Part shown: positions 13,906 to 27,904 of the stretch, in pieces
Numbering within the stretch: the stretch's first letter is position 1
Layout: every line of letters starts with the position of its first letter
The notes under the pieces: model-generated
What the model was told of the DNA's origin: nothing
The model's database searches: none
What the model saw: the letters and a program-made list of their open reading frames with translations, nothing else
From: Octopus sinensis
Lineage: Eukaryota
Assembly (NCBI RefSeq): GCF_006345805.1
Contig: NC_042998.1
Location: forward strand, 117,428,001-117,492,000
DNA: 64,000 nucleotides
Direction: 5' to 3'
Made by a program: the position numbers and the translations under genes

Positions 13906-16109
13906 TACATTTCACATACCTAAAGGAACAACGTCTACGACACGATTTTAGATTTCACGTACAATACTTGTAGCTGTAATTGTTAAACCATTTGTCACTG
14001 TGTAGTGTGTGTGTGTGTGTGGTGCGTTTATAATGTACACAATATAAGCTTACGAGCTACTAATTCTTTATTGCTCCGAAGACAGCGGTCAACGCAGCTT
14101 TTGTAATAAATCATGTGTCTCCAACCAATCCTAAGTCTCTGAGTACATGGTCTATTCAATTTGTAAAGTAAGAAACTGGTTCTCTGAAATTATCTTGAAA
14201 AAATATAAGAGACATTCCATCTACCTTCTTCTCGTCACGAAGTTTGTTTTGTTATATAGATAGGACACCATCGGAAAGAACATGTTTTCACAAGGTAATA
14301 ATTTTTACTGAAGTATCACAATTTGTTTGCATTTATATATTGGAATAAATTATATCTATAACGTCACATTTTCATGTTACTATGGATATATGCCAAATTA
14401 ATGTGGAGCTTATAGAACTTGCAGTTTATCATCTGCTGCTTTGTACTTAGCGTTGTTATCTGATATAAAACGCCAGAGGTGATCCTCAAGTTGTTCTTGC
14501 TATTTCAATAAAATTAAAATCCGTATTCGAACAAAATAAGGTGGTTTCGTTTGTGATTATCAACCTGAGAAAGAAAGAAATACTTAAATAATCGTGTATC
14601 ATGGCCGGCTGGAGATCTATAGCGTATCACAAAAGTTAGAACAGAGAAATATACGAAGACAACAGGAATCGTTTCCTCGAGTTCTTTTTTGGTTTATAGA
14701 CTAGGCCATTTAGAAAATGTCTTTACGACCGTGTTATGGATGAAGAAACGTGTGTGTGTATGACGGAAGAGCGTGAGAGAGAGAGAGAGGGAGAGAACTG
14801 AGAGAGGAATTTTGGAGGTAATTAGTCTGTTGGGAAATGAGTATTATATGTACGCATGCTTCTAAATGGGGAATGTGATAATGGGAAGGTTTTGGATGAG
14901 AAAAGATGTGTGAATAAGATCGGAGACGAAAGTAAGGAATAAAATCAAAGAGAGAAGTAAAATTAAATTCAGATGAAATGATAAACAATATACTTCTAAG
15001 TAATTGAAGTGCAAAAAACTATAAGTCCATGTATGTATGTTTTAAAGAAACATAAGGCAAATCAGAGTTATCTCGGCTCGGAAATAATTTTTCAGTCAGT
15101 TTGTTAAAATCTTAGTGTTTAAACCGAGGGATAAACCTCGGTAAGTGAAAAGCATAAATGACGTTCCAGTCAATATCTCTTCATCATGATTTACTCATTC
15201 GAAAATACCTTGAGAATATGTAACTAATTCTAAGATACTAGGTTGCATTTTAAGAATAGTTTCACAGTACGATTATATTTGCAGATTATTGCCAAGGAAT
15301 TACCACGCGCTAATAATGGAGTCAGGAATGGAATCTGAAACATTATGAACGCATATGGCAGGGCGTTACAGTCTGCAAATGTTTTTACACGAAACTTTTC
15401 TACGCAATATCTTACTATGGCTAATACACTTCATAAGTTTGTAAATGTTTTACAAGAGATTAGCTACAAGTTAGCATTTGAGTGACTAAAACACGTATAG
15501 CAGTGTCATCGTGAAATGTAATTCTATCGCCAAACCAGATATGCAACTTCTATGATAAGATTCCTTTAGTTCATTTGTCTATGTGGAAAAGTTGTGTAAG
15601 CTGTAGATTCCATTCCTGACACAATGAATTCAAGTAAACATTTCTTACCAAGAAAGTTTGATCTTAAAATATATCCTGTAACCCAAAATAACTTGCCAAC
15701 ATTGGCGATACTGAGACAGAAAATGAAGATCAACTTGTAAAGAGGATATATGTATCTATGTATGAATCTATACACACATTGCTATCTGTCCAACGCTCCC
15801 TCGTTACTCGCTAGCTCGCTTTCTGCCTGGCAATTGTAAATTTTCAACCAAGATGATTATATAGAAAAAATTTCACTGACCTTCATAAATGCTTTTCCGC
15901 TCCACTTTTATGCGCTTTGTCTCAATTTTCTTGTTCTCTTTCTCTTTCTCTTATTAGATCACTTTGAATCTATCTCTATACACGAGATATATTTTTATTC
16001 GTGTTCATTCTTAATTCTTTTCATAACGGTTCTCCCTGTACTTCTCCTTATGCGTATACACACACACAGGCACACGCATACACACACACACACACATATA
16101 CGCGCACAT

Positions 16110-16167
16110 ATGTAGATAAACAGATAAATAGATAGATAAACAGATAGATAGATAGATAGATAGATAG

Positions 16168-16214
<47 letters not shown>

Positions 16215-16219
16215 CAGGC

Positions 16220-16279
<60 letters not shown>

Positions 16280-16300
16280 TGATAGATAGATAGATAGATG
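16110..16300. repeat. (GATA)n microsatellite
   Basis: Seen directly. Confidence 0.95.
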
Positions 16301-16745
16301 GATACATAAACGTAATTTCGTTCCCAAGTAAAATTGCACTTCATATCTCAAGCAGCCATGAATCTATTGGAAGATATACAAGCATAAAATGTGAGTACAC
16401 TACAACTAATAATGGAAACAGGAGGATGCAAATTAGTTTATACCATAAGTTTTTTTTTACTTTGTCATTTTATTTGTCATATTACTGCCCTGTACTCAAC
16501 TGGCGCCTTGTTCTAAATTATAACACCAGGTTAATAGTATCGCTATAACTGAGCGAAATAATATTTCTCATGTGTGTGAGTGTGTGTCGGGTGTGTGGTT
16601 GTATGTGTGCGCTCGTGCATGTATGTAGCTAGAAACAGATAGATAGGTAGATTTACACACACGCACATATACATATACGTGTATGTATTGACATAAGGGA
16701 GTAAAGAATTCCATTATTAATAATAACAACCTGTTGCTTGCCCTT

Positions 16746-16806
<61 letters not shown>

Positions 16807-17034
16807 TGGTAAAACGGTAAGATAACAAAAGAAAGAAAGAGACCTCAATATTATGTAAATAGAGGAAATTTTATCTATACAATAATATGTTACATTACTC
16901 GATAGTCAAGATAAAAATCCACAACACCATCTCTTCGGTTATCTAGCCAGATAACCGAAGAGATGGTGTTGTGGATTTCCACTTCGGCATAACTCAGAGT
17001 TTTATCTTGACTATCGTGTAATGTAACATATTTT

Positions 17035-17037
<3 letters not shown>
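16807..17037 (+). mobile_element. Non-coding palindromic derivative of the Nematis-type PLE pseudo-LTR, in (TA)n
   Basis: Both ends are nearly identical to those of 56283-57197. Perfect 28-bp inverted arms at 16917-16944 and 16949-16976, with longer outer arms. Confidence 0.85.
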
Positions 17038-17076
<39 letters not shown>

Positions 17077-17078
<2 letters not shown>

Positions 17079-17553
17079 TAAACAGTAAAAATAATTACAG
17101 ACATGGACAAGAACATGAAACACCACAGAGACGACACAAGAACCACAGGACGGGACATTCGAAGCCCTCAGTCATCAGTCAAAAACCAGATCATCTTAGC
17201 AATTTCGGCTGATTAATCTTGAGATTGCTCCGACATGGCCAGCCCGCCAAGGGAAATCTAAGCCAAGCGCATTAGATCCCCTGGAGAGATAGAGAAACGT
17301 AGAAGGGGGTGGGGGGAAGACGGATGGAGAGGGAAAGAAAGGAAGGGGAATAAGGGAGGAGAGAGAGAGAGAGAAAGAGACAGATTAAGAGTCGTATCAA
17401 TGCTAGAGAAAAAATATACTTATCGTATAAGGACAATTGTGGATACGTAGCCGCCGATTATATAGGTAAACAGTAAAAATAATTACAGACATGGACAAGA
17501 ACATGAAACACCACAGAGACGACACAAGAACCACAGGACGGGACATTCGAAGC

Positions 17554-17556
<3 letters not shown>
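17077..17556. mobile_element. 388-bp non-coding unit plus a perfect 92-bp terminal direct repeat, in (TA)n (PLE/retrozyme-like)
   Basis: 17077-17168 is identical to 17465-17556. Flanked on both sides by (TA)n. Confidence 0.6.
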
Positions 17557-17605
<49 letters not shown>

Positions 17606-17607
<2 letters not shown>

Positions 17608-18165
17608 CTTTTTTTTAAAGTTTCTTACCAATAATGGTTATATTTCCATGCCGAAATCTACCCGGAAATGATTATTGATTTTGAAATTAATAATTATTTA
17701 CCCTTATATTATTAATAAAGGAATTTTTCACTCCCTTATGACAATCCATAGCTCTATTCCAGAGGAACTATTTTTGTGACGCACATGGTAAAATTTGGGA
17801 GGGAAAATACGAATTCATTCGTCTATATGGATTTAACCTGTGTTAATTGTCTCATGCTATCTCTGATGGCGTGAGGTCGGAAAGCAAGAGGTATGTAAGT
17901 TAACATTTGTACATCTATCTAAAGGAATGTTACGCTGAAGAAGGGAATGCATTTGTTCATAATTCTGACCCAGAGACGCGCCCGTAACTAACCTAAGACT
18001 TTGTTTTCGTTATTTTTCATCTTGTTATACATATGTGAGTTACATGTATATGTTACATGTGGAGTTATATTTGTAGAAAATAGAAAGAAGCTGTCTTTGA
18101 CTGTTATTTCAAAATTTTCGGTATGTGGCTAAGCAACCTGTTGCTCGCCCTTTTTATTTACATAT
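17606..18165 (+). mobile_element. Diverged monomer of the ~550-bp HHR-containing retrozyme-like family
   Basis: Colinear with the reverse complement of 38089-38824 (e.g. tatttttgtga...ggaggga.atacgaattca and ttcggtatgtgg...agcaacctg). Confidence 0.75.
17929..17988 (+). ncRNA. Hammerhead ribozyme, probably inactive copy
   Basis: gttacg CTGAAGA a-ggg...ccc-a GAGA cgcg CC cgtaac. Helix I is 6 bp; GAAA is changed to GAGA and UC to CC. Confidence 0.7.
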
Positions 18166-18539
18166 ATATGTATGTAACATGTATGATTCAGCGTACCAGA
18201 AGATTACAGATTGGAAAAATCAAAATTTAATCGGGCTGCATATTTATGAACATTACACTCAACACCTCGCGATCTCAGTTTCAATTTTCTACATAATAAA
18301 TTTCATTTACCATATCACGTATCAACTAAAGTCATCTTTGAATTACACACGCTTCTTAAAATGTCTCTGCCCCTCAATATTTTGTGTAAATAATTTCGTA
18401 TAAATTTTCTCTCCAAGTTATTGTTTAAGTTTACTATGTATTTTTCTAATACTCCCTAATAGCTTACTATATCTCTTAGATGAACGAAATGTCCTTTAGT
18501 ATTTTCATGACAACTTTCAGCTTGTTTTGCTGAATATCA

Positions 18540-19600
18540 TGGAAAGTATCAGCTGCCTACAGCTAACACTTGTTCATTGATCTTGTATCAAGAATACTGC
18601 GGAGAACTCTCGCAGTTCCAAGGAATATTGGTTTTTGGAGGTGTTCTTTTTTTATATTTGTACCACTATTTTGGAGCCATGTTAGTTGTTTAGTGCTCAT
18701 ACTTCTGAGCACGTCAATTATTATTGGTATCACGTCCAATCTCCTGTACTTCTATCTTGCTTTTGCCAATTTCCCAATAAAATTTCTTTGTTTCCGTCTT
18801 GAATACCTTGTTTTGTCAATAAAATTTGATTCTTTTGTCATACATTGTGAGCCGTTGGGCTTTCACTATTTCCTTCGTTGCAGGGAGGTATATAAAATTT
18901 TTGGCTTCATATTTTTGCTTCATTTTTCTAGTCTGTTTTATCCTAACATTTGTTCCTCTAACAAGTTCATCAGAATAGATACATCTGCCCGCAAAAATTC
19001 GATCTATTTTGTGTTGTTACTTTACACTTAGGAGTTCCCTTGATATAGTTGTCCTTTTCTGTGTCGTCCACGTACCTAAGTGAGCAGTTAAAACATTAGC
19101 AGTGGAGTAGATTAGGTTATTCAAAGTTGTTAGTTCATTTCCTTTATTTATTAAGATATATATAAAAGCAACATTATATATGAAGTTTGTGTTGTTATTT
19201 TTATGCTGTTTGAGAGCTTTGGCAGGGGTTCTCTATTGATAATGTCAGTAAATTCATTCGTGCAGAGGACTGTCATAATATCTTCTTTTGCTTCGGTAAT
19301 CTTGTCTTTATTATTCATTTCACATTCTGTGCTATATCAATTGTTGCGTTTTTTAGATAGGTCTACTTTCTCCACTTTTTTCCTTATCTGTTCTTTGCTA
19401 TTCTTTTTCACAGCTTCCTCGTTTTGATGTACTGATCGTACACTAGGTTCTATGCATCCGTTACATATTTCATCTGTATTTGGTACACCATGAGATATCT
19501 GTGTCCTAATCTGGCTAATTTCAGCGTCAGTTAACATTTTATTCTACGTACATTGCTTAAGTTATTCACGTCTATGTATCTGCATACTTCGTTGCCTGCT
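18540..19600 (-). mobile_element. R4/Dong-type LINE fragments (RLE C-terminus and an N-terminal-like piece)
   Basis: LQKPIFLGTARVLRSIL near 18600-18640, and LTDAEISQIRTQI at 19337-19537. Confidence 0.55.
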
Positions 19601-19604
19601 AAAT

Positions 19605-21470
19605 TTCTCCATGCGTTAGTAGTTTCGATCTTATACCGTCTGTTTATTGTCGACTTAAGTATCAGTCTTAGTCTGCGCAAGTACTGCACCTTACATTTTT
19701 CTGTCATTTCTTTCTCCATCAATTTATCTATTTTGAAAATACCCAAGTACTTATAGCCCGCCTCTTCTATCTGATTCTTAATTTCCACCGACGGTATCTT
19801 TAGCCCGTCCATACATTTGCCTCAGTCACGACTATCACACCACACTTTCTCACTCTGAACTCCATTCTGATATCAGCACTGATACTATACACCATATCAA
19901 CGAGCGAACTGACTTGGGCTTCATCTTTACCATAACGTTTGATTTCCTCCATGAATAACAAATGGTTGATGTTTTGTTGGCTTTTGCTTTCCTCAGAATC
20001 AGTGTTAGTGGTATCAAGCACAGTACAGAGATCAGTGGGGACAGGCAATCGCCTTGGAAGAAGCCCCTCCTAATTTCTACTCTCCCTAAACTTCTTCCGT
20101 ATGCTGTCAAGTCCGTCCTCCAATTCTCTATATTTTTTCCAAGCAATCGCTCAACATTCGATACAAAACCAAATAGGTTCATACACTCCATAATTCAAAA
20201 TGTGAGATCATACCGAAAGCCGTACGATAGTGGATCCATGGCATGACTAACTTACTTTTCCTCCTTTTACAGTCTCTAAGAACAGTTTTGTATATCAAGA
20301 ATTGGTCCTTGGTACCTCTGCACTTACGCTTGCAACCCTTCTTCTCATGTGGCAGGACTCCATTTTTTTCCAGATGTTCGTACATTGACTCAGCCAGTAT
20401 TCCAGTCAATAACTTCCACATAAGTGGCAAACAGGGTATCAGTCTGTAATTGTCTACCGTATTGCCTTTTTCTATGTTTTTGAGCAACAGAACTGTCCTA
20501 CCCAGTGTCAACCACTCTGGTGTTACTTGGTCGGCATTTAACAAGGTGTTGAGTTGTGCAGCTATTCGTGCATGACATTCACCAAATCTTTAGATCCAGT
20601 AGCTTTGATTTCCATCTGGTCCCGCGCTTTCCAGTTGCTCATTTGTTTGCTGAATTCTTACACTTCCCTAACTGAAATGACTAGTTCTGGCTATTTTGGA
20701 CAGACTACTGTTTGTTTCATTTCTTGCAACCATTCAGCATACTTCTTATGCTCCTTGTCTTTGCTCCAGATGTCACTCTAAAAACATTGTCAAATAATCA
20801 ATGTTATCTGGTATTAACTTTTCATCTGTACACTTTCCAGTTATTTCTTTATAGAATCTCTTGTGATCTACTCTGAATAAACTATTGTGTTCGTAATCCT
20901 TCATTCTTTGGTCGTATCTTACCATCTTTGCTTTCTTTGCAACGGGGCGCTGTTTCAGTTCCTCCAATACTACTTTCAGGGGCCCTTTTTTTCAATATTA
21001 TACTTTCTTTTCCGCACCCTGTATTTACGTTCGCCTTTAAGCTCCCTTTCTCTTTTCAGTCTAACACAGAGATTTCCTTAGAGAGCATGTCTAATTCTGT
21101 CTGGATTCTTCTTTTCTACCATGGATCTTTTCTAATGTTTCTTTTTCTTCACATCAGCACCCACGTTTTCTGCTACAACAATACTTGCTGCCTTGATAAT
21201 GTTTGTTCTCATGTATTTCAGAATTTTATTGATATTTTTCGTTTCTTGCTTCAATTTCCATCGACCAACCATTATAATATTGCAAATAACGTCGCTATCG
21301 TTCGCTTGTAGTATTGCATTTATTCTGTCGTAGATTGCCTTTTGTTCATCTGTCATGTCGCCACTAATTTCATTGTCTTCTTTTAGACCATCTATATGTC
21401 TCTCATCAAGAAAACTAACACTGTTCCTTTCCTGTGCTATAAGATTACTCTTATTGGTAAGAACTGTATT
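19605..21470 (-). mobile_element. Degraded R4/Dong-type LINE RT region
   Basis: [73 protein letters not shown]. Same family as 380-2192; next to (ATT)n(AGT)n. Confidence 0.9.
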
Positions 21471-21496
21471 TTTATTGTTATTATTATTATTATTAT

Positions 21497-21567
<71 letters not shown>
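21470..21567. repeat. (ATT)n(AGT)n microsatellite
   Basis: Seen directly. Confidence 0.95.
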
Positions 21568-22139
21568 TGTTTCAGCTGAGTATGATAGAAAAGTGTCAGC
21601 TCTCTTCATCTAGAAGATTAAGGTGAAGCTTGTTTACTGTTCATGCTTCAAGATGATTCAGAGCACTCCACAGTAACAACTATCATCGCAAACATACGTA
21701 GATCTCATTATACGTCAATGTCAAAGACAGCCACATGTATCAACGTATTACACAGCCAATAATTTAGATAGTAGAGTGTTCATGAAACATATACAACACA
21801 TCGAAAACATAACGAATGAAGATATCATCATAACAACAAATAAAACAGCAACAAACATATATATCATACAAACTCCTCAAACCATACAGAACACGATATG
21901 CAGAACGCTACCACAAATAAATTCCCGTATTGCTGAGGATATTTTTGAAAGAATAGGAATTAAGACGATTTTAAGAAACTACTTGTAGAAAAACACGCTC
22001 TCAACCGTTGGAAAAATTCCAATTCTTCCTCTGGATTTACGTAAGTGAGCATTTCTCACCTAGCTCTCATCGAACATGGATCTACTTGGAATAGGCAGTT
22101 AAAATTAGGGGAATCGGGAAGATTTGCTTAAATACCTCA

Positions 22140-22450
22140 GATGCCAAGTTTTATCGGTAGTTGCCGTCAGTGATACTTGATTTCCTGATCCCAAGGCCTT
22201 CATGCCTAACATTGCTAGGAGATCTATGTGTCTGCAAGTCAACTGATATTGAAAATCGGAACTGTTTTCTACTTTGTCTTCTTGATCCCCTGATAAGGAC
22301 TCTCTTTTGGGATCTTGAAGCTAAATTGCTGGTTCTCGATGGCAATATTACATGATCTGCATGGTCCTGATAAACAAGCTTCGCTGGAAGATATTTGGTT
22401 AGTCAAAGGTGAAGAGTTTCACTGATAGTGCCCCACGATTAGAGACCAGC
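22140..22450 (+). mobile_element. Possible L1/Tx1-like AP endonuclease remnant
   Basis: CLTLLGDLC (GDFN-like), followed further on by GRYLVS (DRFLVS-like). Weak. Confidence 0.3.
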
Positions 22451-22539
22451 GAAGCCAATTAGGTAGCTGGAATTTACAGGGGAATTCACTTACAATAAAT
22501 GTTTGTTCACTCAAAAAAATAGCATGCGAGTACAGGAGA

Positions 22540-23760
22540 ATCGACATGATTGCAGCGACAGAGGAAAATAGAATAGAGAAGCTCAAGTTAAATACATAGA
22601 CAAAGCGCTCAAGAAAGGCAATGCAACCAACATATTTCGCCCTCAATAGATTTTTCAACGGGGTAAACAAACGGTGCATTGTCCGTAGTACAGTACATGT
22701 TCTAATAAACGAAGTGATGAAAGCTAGTTGATAGACTCGAATGTAGAGACACATTCCGCAACAAAGACACAATTTGATGATAGGCAGGCCGTAAGTGACA
22801 AATATTATTCAAACAGAAGAAAATACGGTTTCTTCAGTAGCAGTGTAGACTGTTCGCAACATACAATAGGCGCTAACACAACAAAGACTTCAGTGCCTCG
22901 CACGACTCACAACGGACACGGAGTGTTGTGAAAAGCTCAAAGCAGTCATGGAATAACGGGATGCAATGGTTCGCTTCATGATGGAGAAATCGCCAGCTGG
23001 GCTATCCGTGTTTTACTTTTATATGTCAGATATATTTGGAATCCTCTTGGCAGCTTCAACCGCTACTAATAGCAGAACGGCAGATTTTTATTTTCCATTA
23101 GTGGAGGAGCAGTAACGCTACAGACATTCGACCCACATTAGAGGGTTTAACAATCATAATGTTCGGTCTATCAAAGTTCAATATTTTCGGCAAAATTTTA
23201 GCAACAAGATGTTGCTTATGGCGGATTGTCTAAAGTGTGATGCGTATATATAAGAAATCCCGAACCGATTTATCTATGATATTAATGTATAGAGTGGGGA
23301 ATTAACCAGATATAGGTGGTGCCATGATATAGATCAAATCCTTTCGATATGGTTGATAACCAATTCTTGGTAGCTGTACTTAGGTGAATGGTTTTGTACC
23401 CTTTTCCGGAGTTAGAGTGCCGCAATGTTCAGCTAGGGAGCTAACAGGACCGTTCTGTATCAAGTGCTCTCTCTTCGTCAAAATTGTTCACTCTTGTTTC
23501 TCGTGTATGAATTTTGAAGGCAAGTCCTTTCGTCCAACATCAGCGTGGAGTGATAAATGGACGGACGGGTTAAGTTGCTCGAGGTCTGGCTCATTCTCGA
23601 CCTCTGTATGGAGATCTGGGACGAAATCGCGAGCAAGATAACCTATCTGGGTTACCAAGAGGAAACTGTCCCTGAACGATCGGCAGGGTTGGCGAACTCC
23701 TTCATTGCCTCCATGTAATATTTTATCATATGAGACACCATTCACTCTGGAGGGAAAGCA
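22540..23760 (-). mobile_element. Very degraded Penelope-like element 3' part with HHR-like motif at ~22625-22668
   Basis: GIY-YIG-like remnant QSAISN...NFDRPNIM near 23150-23240, then ccccgTTGAAAAatctattgagggcGAAAtatgTTgg downstream. Confidence 0.4.
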
Positions 23761-25599
23761 CTTCCCTCATCAGACCACCCCATTTACTGTCAAAACCTAA
23801 CGGATTTTTTAAGTGAAAGATTGAGTATATTGTTTAGTACGCCACTAATATGCACTCAAACATCGTCATCTCCAAGATTTCTTTGTTATCGACCAATTGT
23901 GGATGACGTTTATGAGATTTGTTGTCACACAGCTCATTTGTTTTGCATTTTCTTGCGTGAAACTTGAACACGAATCTATACATGAAACTATTATTTTTAA
24001 CAAATTAGCATATGGTTTAATCCGGCTGTTTCATATCACATTTATCAATATATTATTTGTATGCTTGCTCCTAATGTAGTTGTAGTTAAGAATATGTAAT
24101 ATAGTTTTTAATTAAATTGTTTTTCAATATTTATCCTTATTTTTCTTATTATTCATCTTTCATTCTACTTTCATATTTTACTCATCATCGTAAGATATTT
24201 TAAAAGCAAAACATTATTAGCAAAAATTAAAGAAACCTGTTTGTTTGGTACAAGTATTTCATAAAGGTTTTTGCATTATACTTCCACGATCTTTAGAAGC
24301 TTTAGTGTTATATTGTTTTAGATATTATGTTTTCTTCTGTGTTACTTTAATAAAATATCCCAAAGTTTATTTATCTCAAGTGACTTTATTACTTCACTTC
24401 AATTTACTAAGTAATAAATTTCAAAATTTAATATTAATTTCCATTCGTGTCACAAGATTGCATTGAAATATATTTATGCGCATGAAATTAACATATAAGG
24501 TTAACTTGTTTATTATCCCTGCAAGACTTCTACTCGTCTGAAAACTACCTGTCTGAAAGCAGATCTAACACCAAACAACGCAACGTCATGATTATCTGAA
24601 ATTAGGTCTGCAATATATCTGGAATGAGAGGTGACATATAATAATAACCTAACATTTTTTCTATTTTATAGAATAGATATATCTTTTGTTTCACCTTAGG
24701 TATGGAGCTACGAAATAACAAAATGCAATACAGTAACTAATTGTTGTTTTTCTGGGAAAATTATATTGATAGTTGAGGAGGTGTTCAATACAAGTCTAAA
24801 ATTCAGGTCTCTTGGGAAATTATATTTAACTAAATTAGCCAAATTATTTTCATTTCATTTAAGTAAGTATAATAAGCCTGACGTCGAACTGACGAAAAAT
24901 ATGACGATACAAATTGCATCTATTTCCCAATTGCCTCGCGAAATGACTGTCTATGAGAACTGGCTTAGGCACGCTTGCACCCAACGTTCATGTTATTATT
25001 AGTTTCGCTAAAGCACAAATATATGTAAAAAGATTGTGTCAGTTATAACTTCGGTGTTTTTAATATAGTTACTACAGTAAATTTTATATTCCTTATCTTA
25101 TATTTTCAAGACTAACTATGGGATGGGAAAGTGTTCTGACAAAGCAAATTCCACAGTAATTTGAATAAGCAATGCGGTCTGGATGCAAAAATTAAATTAC
25201 GAAATAGAGGGGTGCAGAAAAAACGATATTACAAATGTAAGATAGAAGAAAAAAACAGAAGTATGGCAAAAATCCAAATAAGTGTATTAGCAGGGAAAAT
25301 GAGTTTACTATATTTCGCAATATATCTCGTCATCAATAAACCATGATTTAGTATCAAAATAATCTGCACTCTCTGTTCAAGTGTAATGATTACACAATGT
25401 AACACATGTTTTGTTTATTTGTGTTTTTTGATGTTCGTTTAGACGTAACATCGATAGTTATTTATTTATTCCTAATTTCATATTTGCTCATTATATTTGT
25501 AACTTTTCTGTACAGCACTTTGTTGTTCAATCTATTTTAGTGTTGTAAGGATAATTACACAATATGTAGTACTTTTTCATGTATTGAAAGATATTTAGG

Positions 25600-26067
25600 A
25601 AGTTTAGTATTGCTTTGTCGATCGAGATTTTCTGGAGTGTACACCTTCATCTCTTCTGACTTGAGACCATATATAATCTCCCATTATAGCAGTATCCCAT
25701 CGTCCTTGGTATCTTCTTTCCATAGTTGCGATGTCTTGATGAAATCTCTCATCATGCTCCTCACTGACATCACCCACGTTTTCTGGGAAAAAATCTAGGT
25801 GAGAGTGCAAAAAATGAACCTTTAAGGACATACGACAACCCATTTTCTTGAAGTTTTCAATATATTTGCTACCAGCTGTTTGTAATTAGGATCCTTGTGA
25901 TTTCCTAGGAATCCACGAACTACATCACGAAATGCACACCAGGCTTCTTTTTCAACTTTTGTCATCGATCTTTCCAGTTTCTTCGACTTTAACATTGCAT
26001 TTACCTGTGTCCCAACAAATATGCCACCCTTGATAGCTTTGGAAACATAAGTCTGTATGCTATCCAC
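25600..26067 (-). mobile_element. Chapaev3 (CMC)-type transposase C-terminal fragment
   Basis: KAIKGGIFVGTQV...EKEAWCAFRDVVRGFLGNHK...MSLKVHFLHSHLDFFPENVGDVSEEHDERFHQDIATMERRYQGRW. Confidence 0.8.
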
Positions 26068-26299
26068 AATTTGGTACCTTTCACGATCTTATGTAATACC
26101 TGCTTTTCCAATATAATAACTACACACAGCAAAATGTATCTGGAGAATTTTTACATACTCTAGTAGCCATCCTAAAAGTAACAGAACTTAGTAATTAGTC
26201 TGAAAGAGAAAATTAGACGTAAATTTTGTAGCGGAACATTATACCAATACCGAATATATAACATTGAAAGTCGACATAGTTTTTTAATTGTTGATGATA

Positions 26300-27600
26300 C
26301 ACCCCGCTCATCATTTCATTGCATTAACAAACTACATTCCGTTACCTTATCGCATTACCGCCCACATCTTGTTTCCTAATCTCTATCTTGCTTGTAGGAT
26401 GCATTGTGGATAAAATGCAGACGTTGTCCATGTCACACTCGAGAGTAAATGCCATTATCTGTGCATTGGTACGTTGTTTCCTTCTTTCGAAGTTTAATCT
26501 TGTGATGATCGGGTGGCATGTTTTTCCTGTGCTTCTTCAAAGTTTCTCAGGAATTAGTCCTCCTCGCCTGCAGCTGCAGGAAGTAGTCTGGACTGGAAAA
26601 CCGGTCGTCCATATAAACGTTGTAGCCTTTGAAATACAAGTTTTCATTCGGAAACAATACGACATCAGTTGACGATAGAGTAGACACTAGAAGATCCAAT
26701 CTGCCCTAGATTTCATAATTCCACGTATAACCAGATGCTCTGTCAATTGACTGATATACTTTGTTAACCTTGACTCCAAAGTGAGCCCGTTTGTTCATGT
26801 TGTATTGCTTGAATCGGAGCCTTTCCTTGGATTTCTAGGAACGCTCGTCCGTAGAAATATCCTGCGTAGGGACATACACCATTCTGAAATTTTCAGCTAC
26901 TTCGTCGACAATAGGACGTATTTTGTGCAGCATACAGTGCTGGTTCGTGCCAGAATTGAAATGTATATTTCTAAGAAACGCCAAACTTCGATCAGATGGC
27001 ATCGTATCAGGCACGAAAGGTGTCGACGTGGCTAGATCTCGATTTGAATATGACGCCAGGGTGTGTTTCTTCACGATGTCCATCAGTATCAGCAAGGCAA
27101 GCAGAACTTTGATTTTGTTTCCTGTGGTTGGAAACCAATCACCGACATACCTGGATATGGTCATCGTATAGTCATTCGTTTAGTCCGCAATATATATTGG
27201 GACGTTTCATCCATCAAAAACTCGTAGAAGATTTCCAATGACGAATCTCTACGTTCAAGATTTGTCTTTATGCCCGTCATACCAGTAAACCCATGCTCTC
27301 GCTCGCCACACGATATTCTATTGCCCAGGGCTATTCCTTGCTACTTGCTTATATTTTTGATTTATAGGAATATCATCTTCGATATTGGAATTATCTGATT
27401 CTGCACAAGGAAATACTCACTCTCCGAGACATTATCCGAACCGGAAAAGCGTAGCTTGGCGCGACGACTTTATATTGGACGAAAAAAGACACGACGACGA
27501 ATTTGACACACCCGAAGTGGCGGGATTAGCCTATCGGATTATAAATTTACATGAAACATCTAATCGGCTTGTTATTTGGCAGGTGGCCCGATACTAACAT
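26300..27600 (-). mobile_element. Degraded piggyBac transposase
   Basis: FLRNIHF...KIRPIVDEVAENFRMVYVPTQDISTDE, then KGRLRFKQYNMNKRAHFGVK and SGYTWN, plus a Cys-rich C-terminal remnant. Confidence 0.85.
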
Positions 27601-27904
27601 AGGTAACATATTCTAGATAATTGTTCTTCCTGTATTAATTATGGTAAATAGTTTGATTTATTAGTTTTATTCAAATAAATTTATAACTTATATAGAGGTT
27701 ATTTATTTTTTAAATAATATTAACTGACGTTTGACATAATAAAGGTAATAGATACTAGTAATAATAGGGGTAAATTTCACAATAAGTTATTAATTCCCGT
27801 AAAGTATATATAGATAGGCGGTTTAATTTAACGTGTTTATAAAATAGTCGATGAGGTTTTCTTTATGGTTCGCACTTTGTATATATATATATATATATAT
27901 ATAT

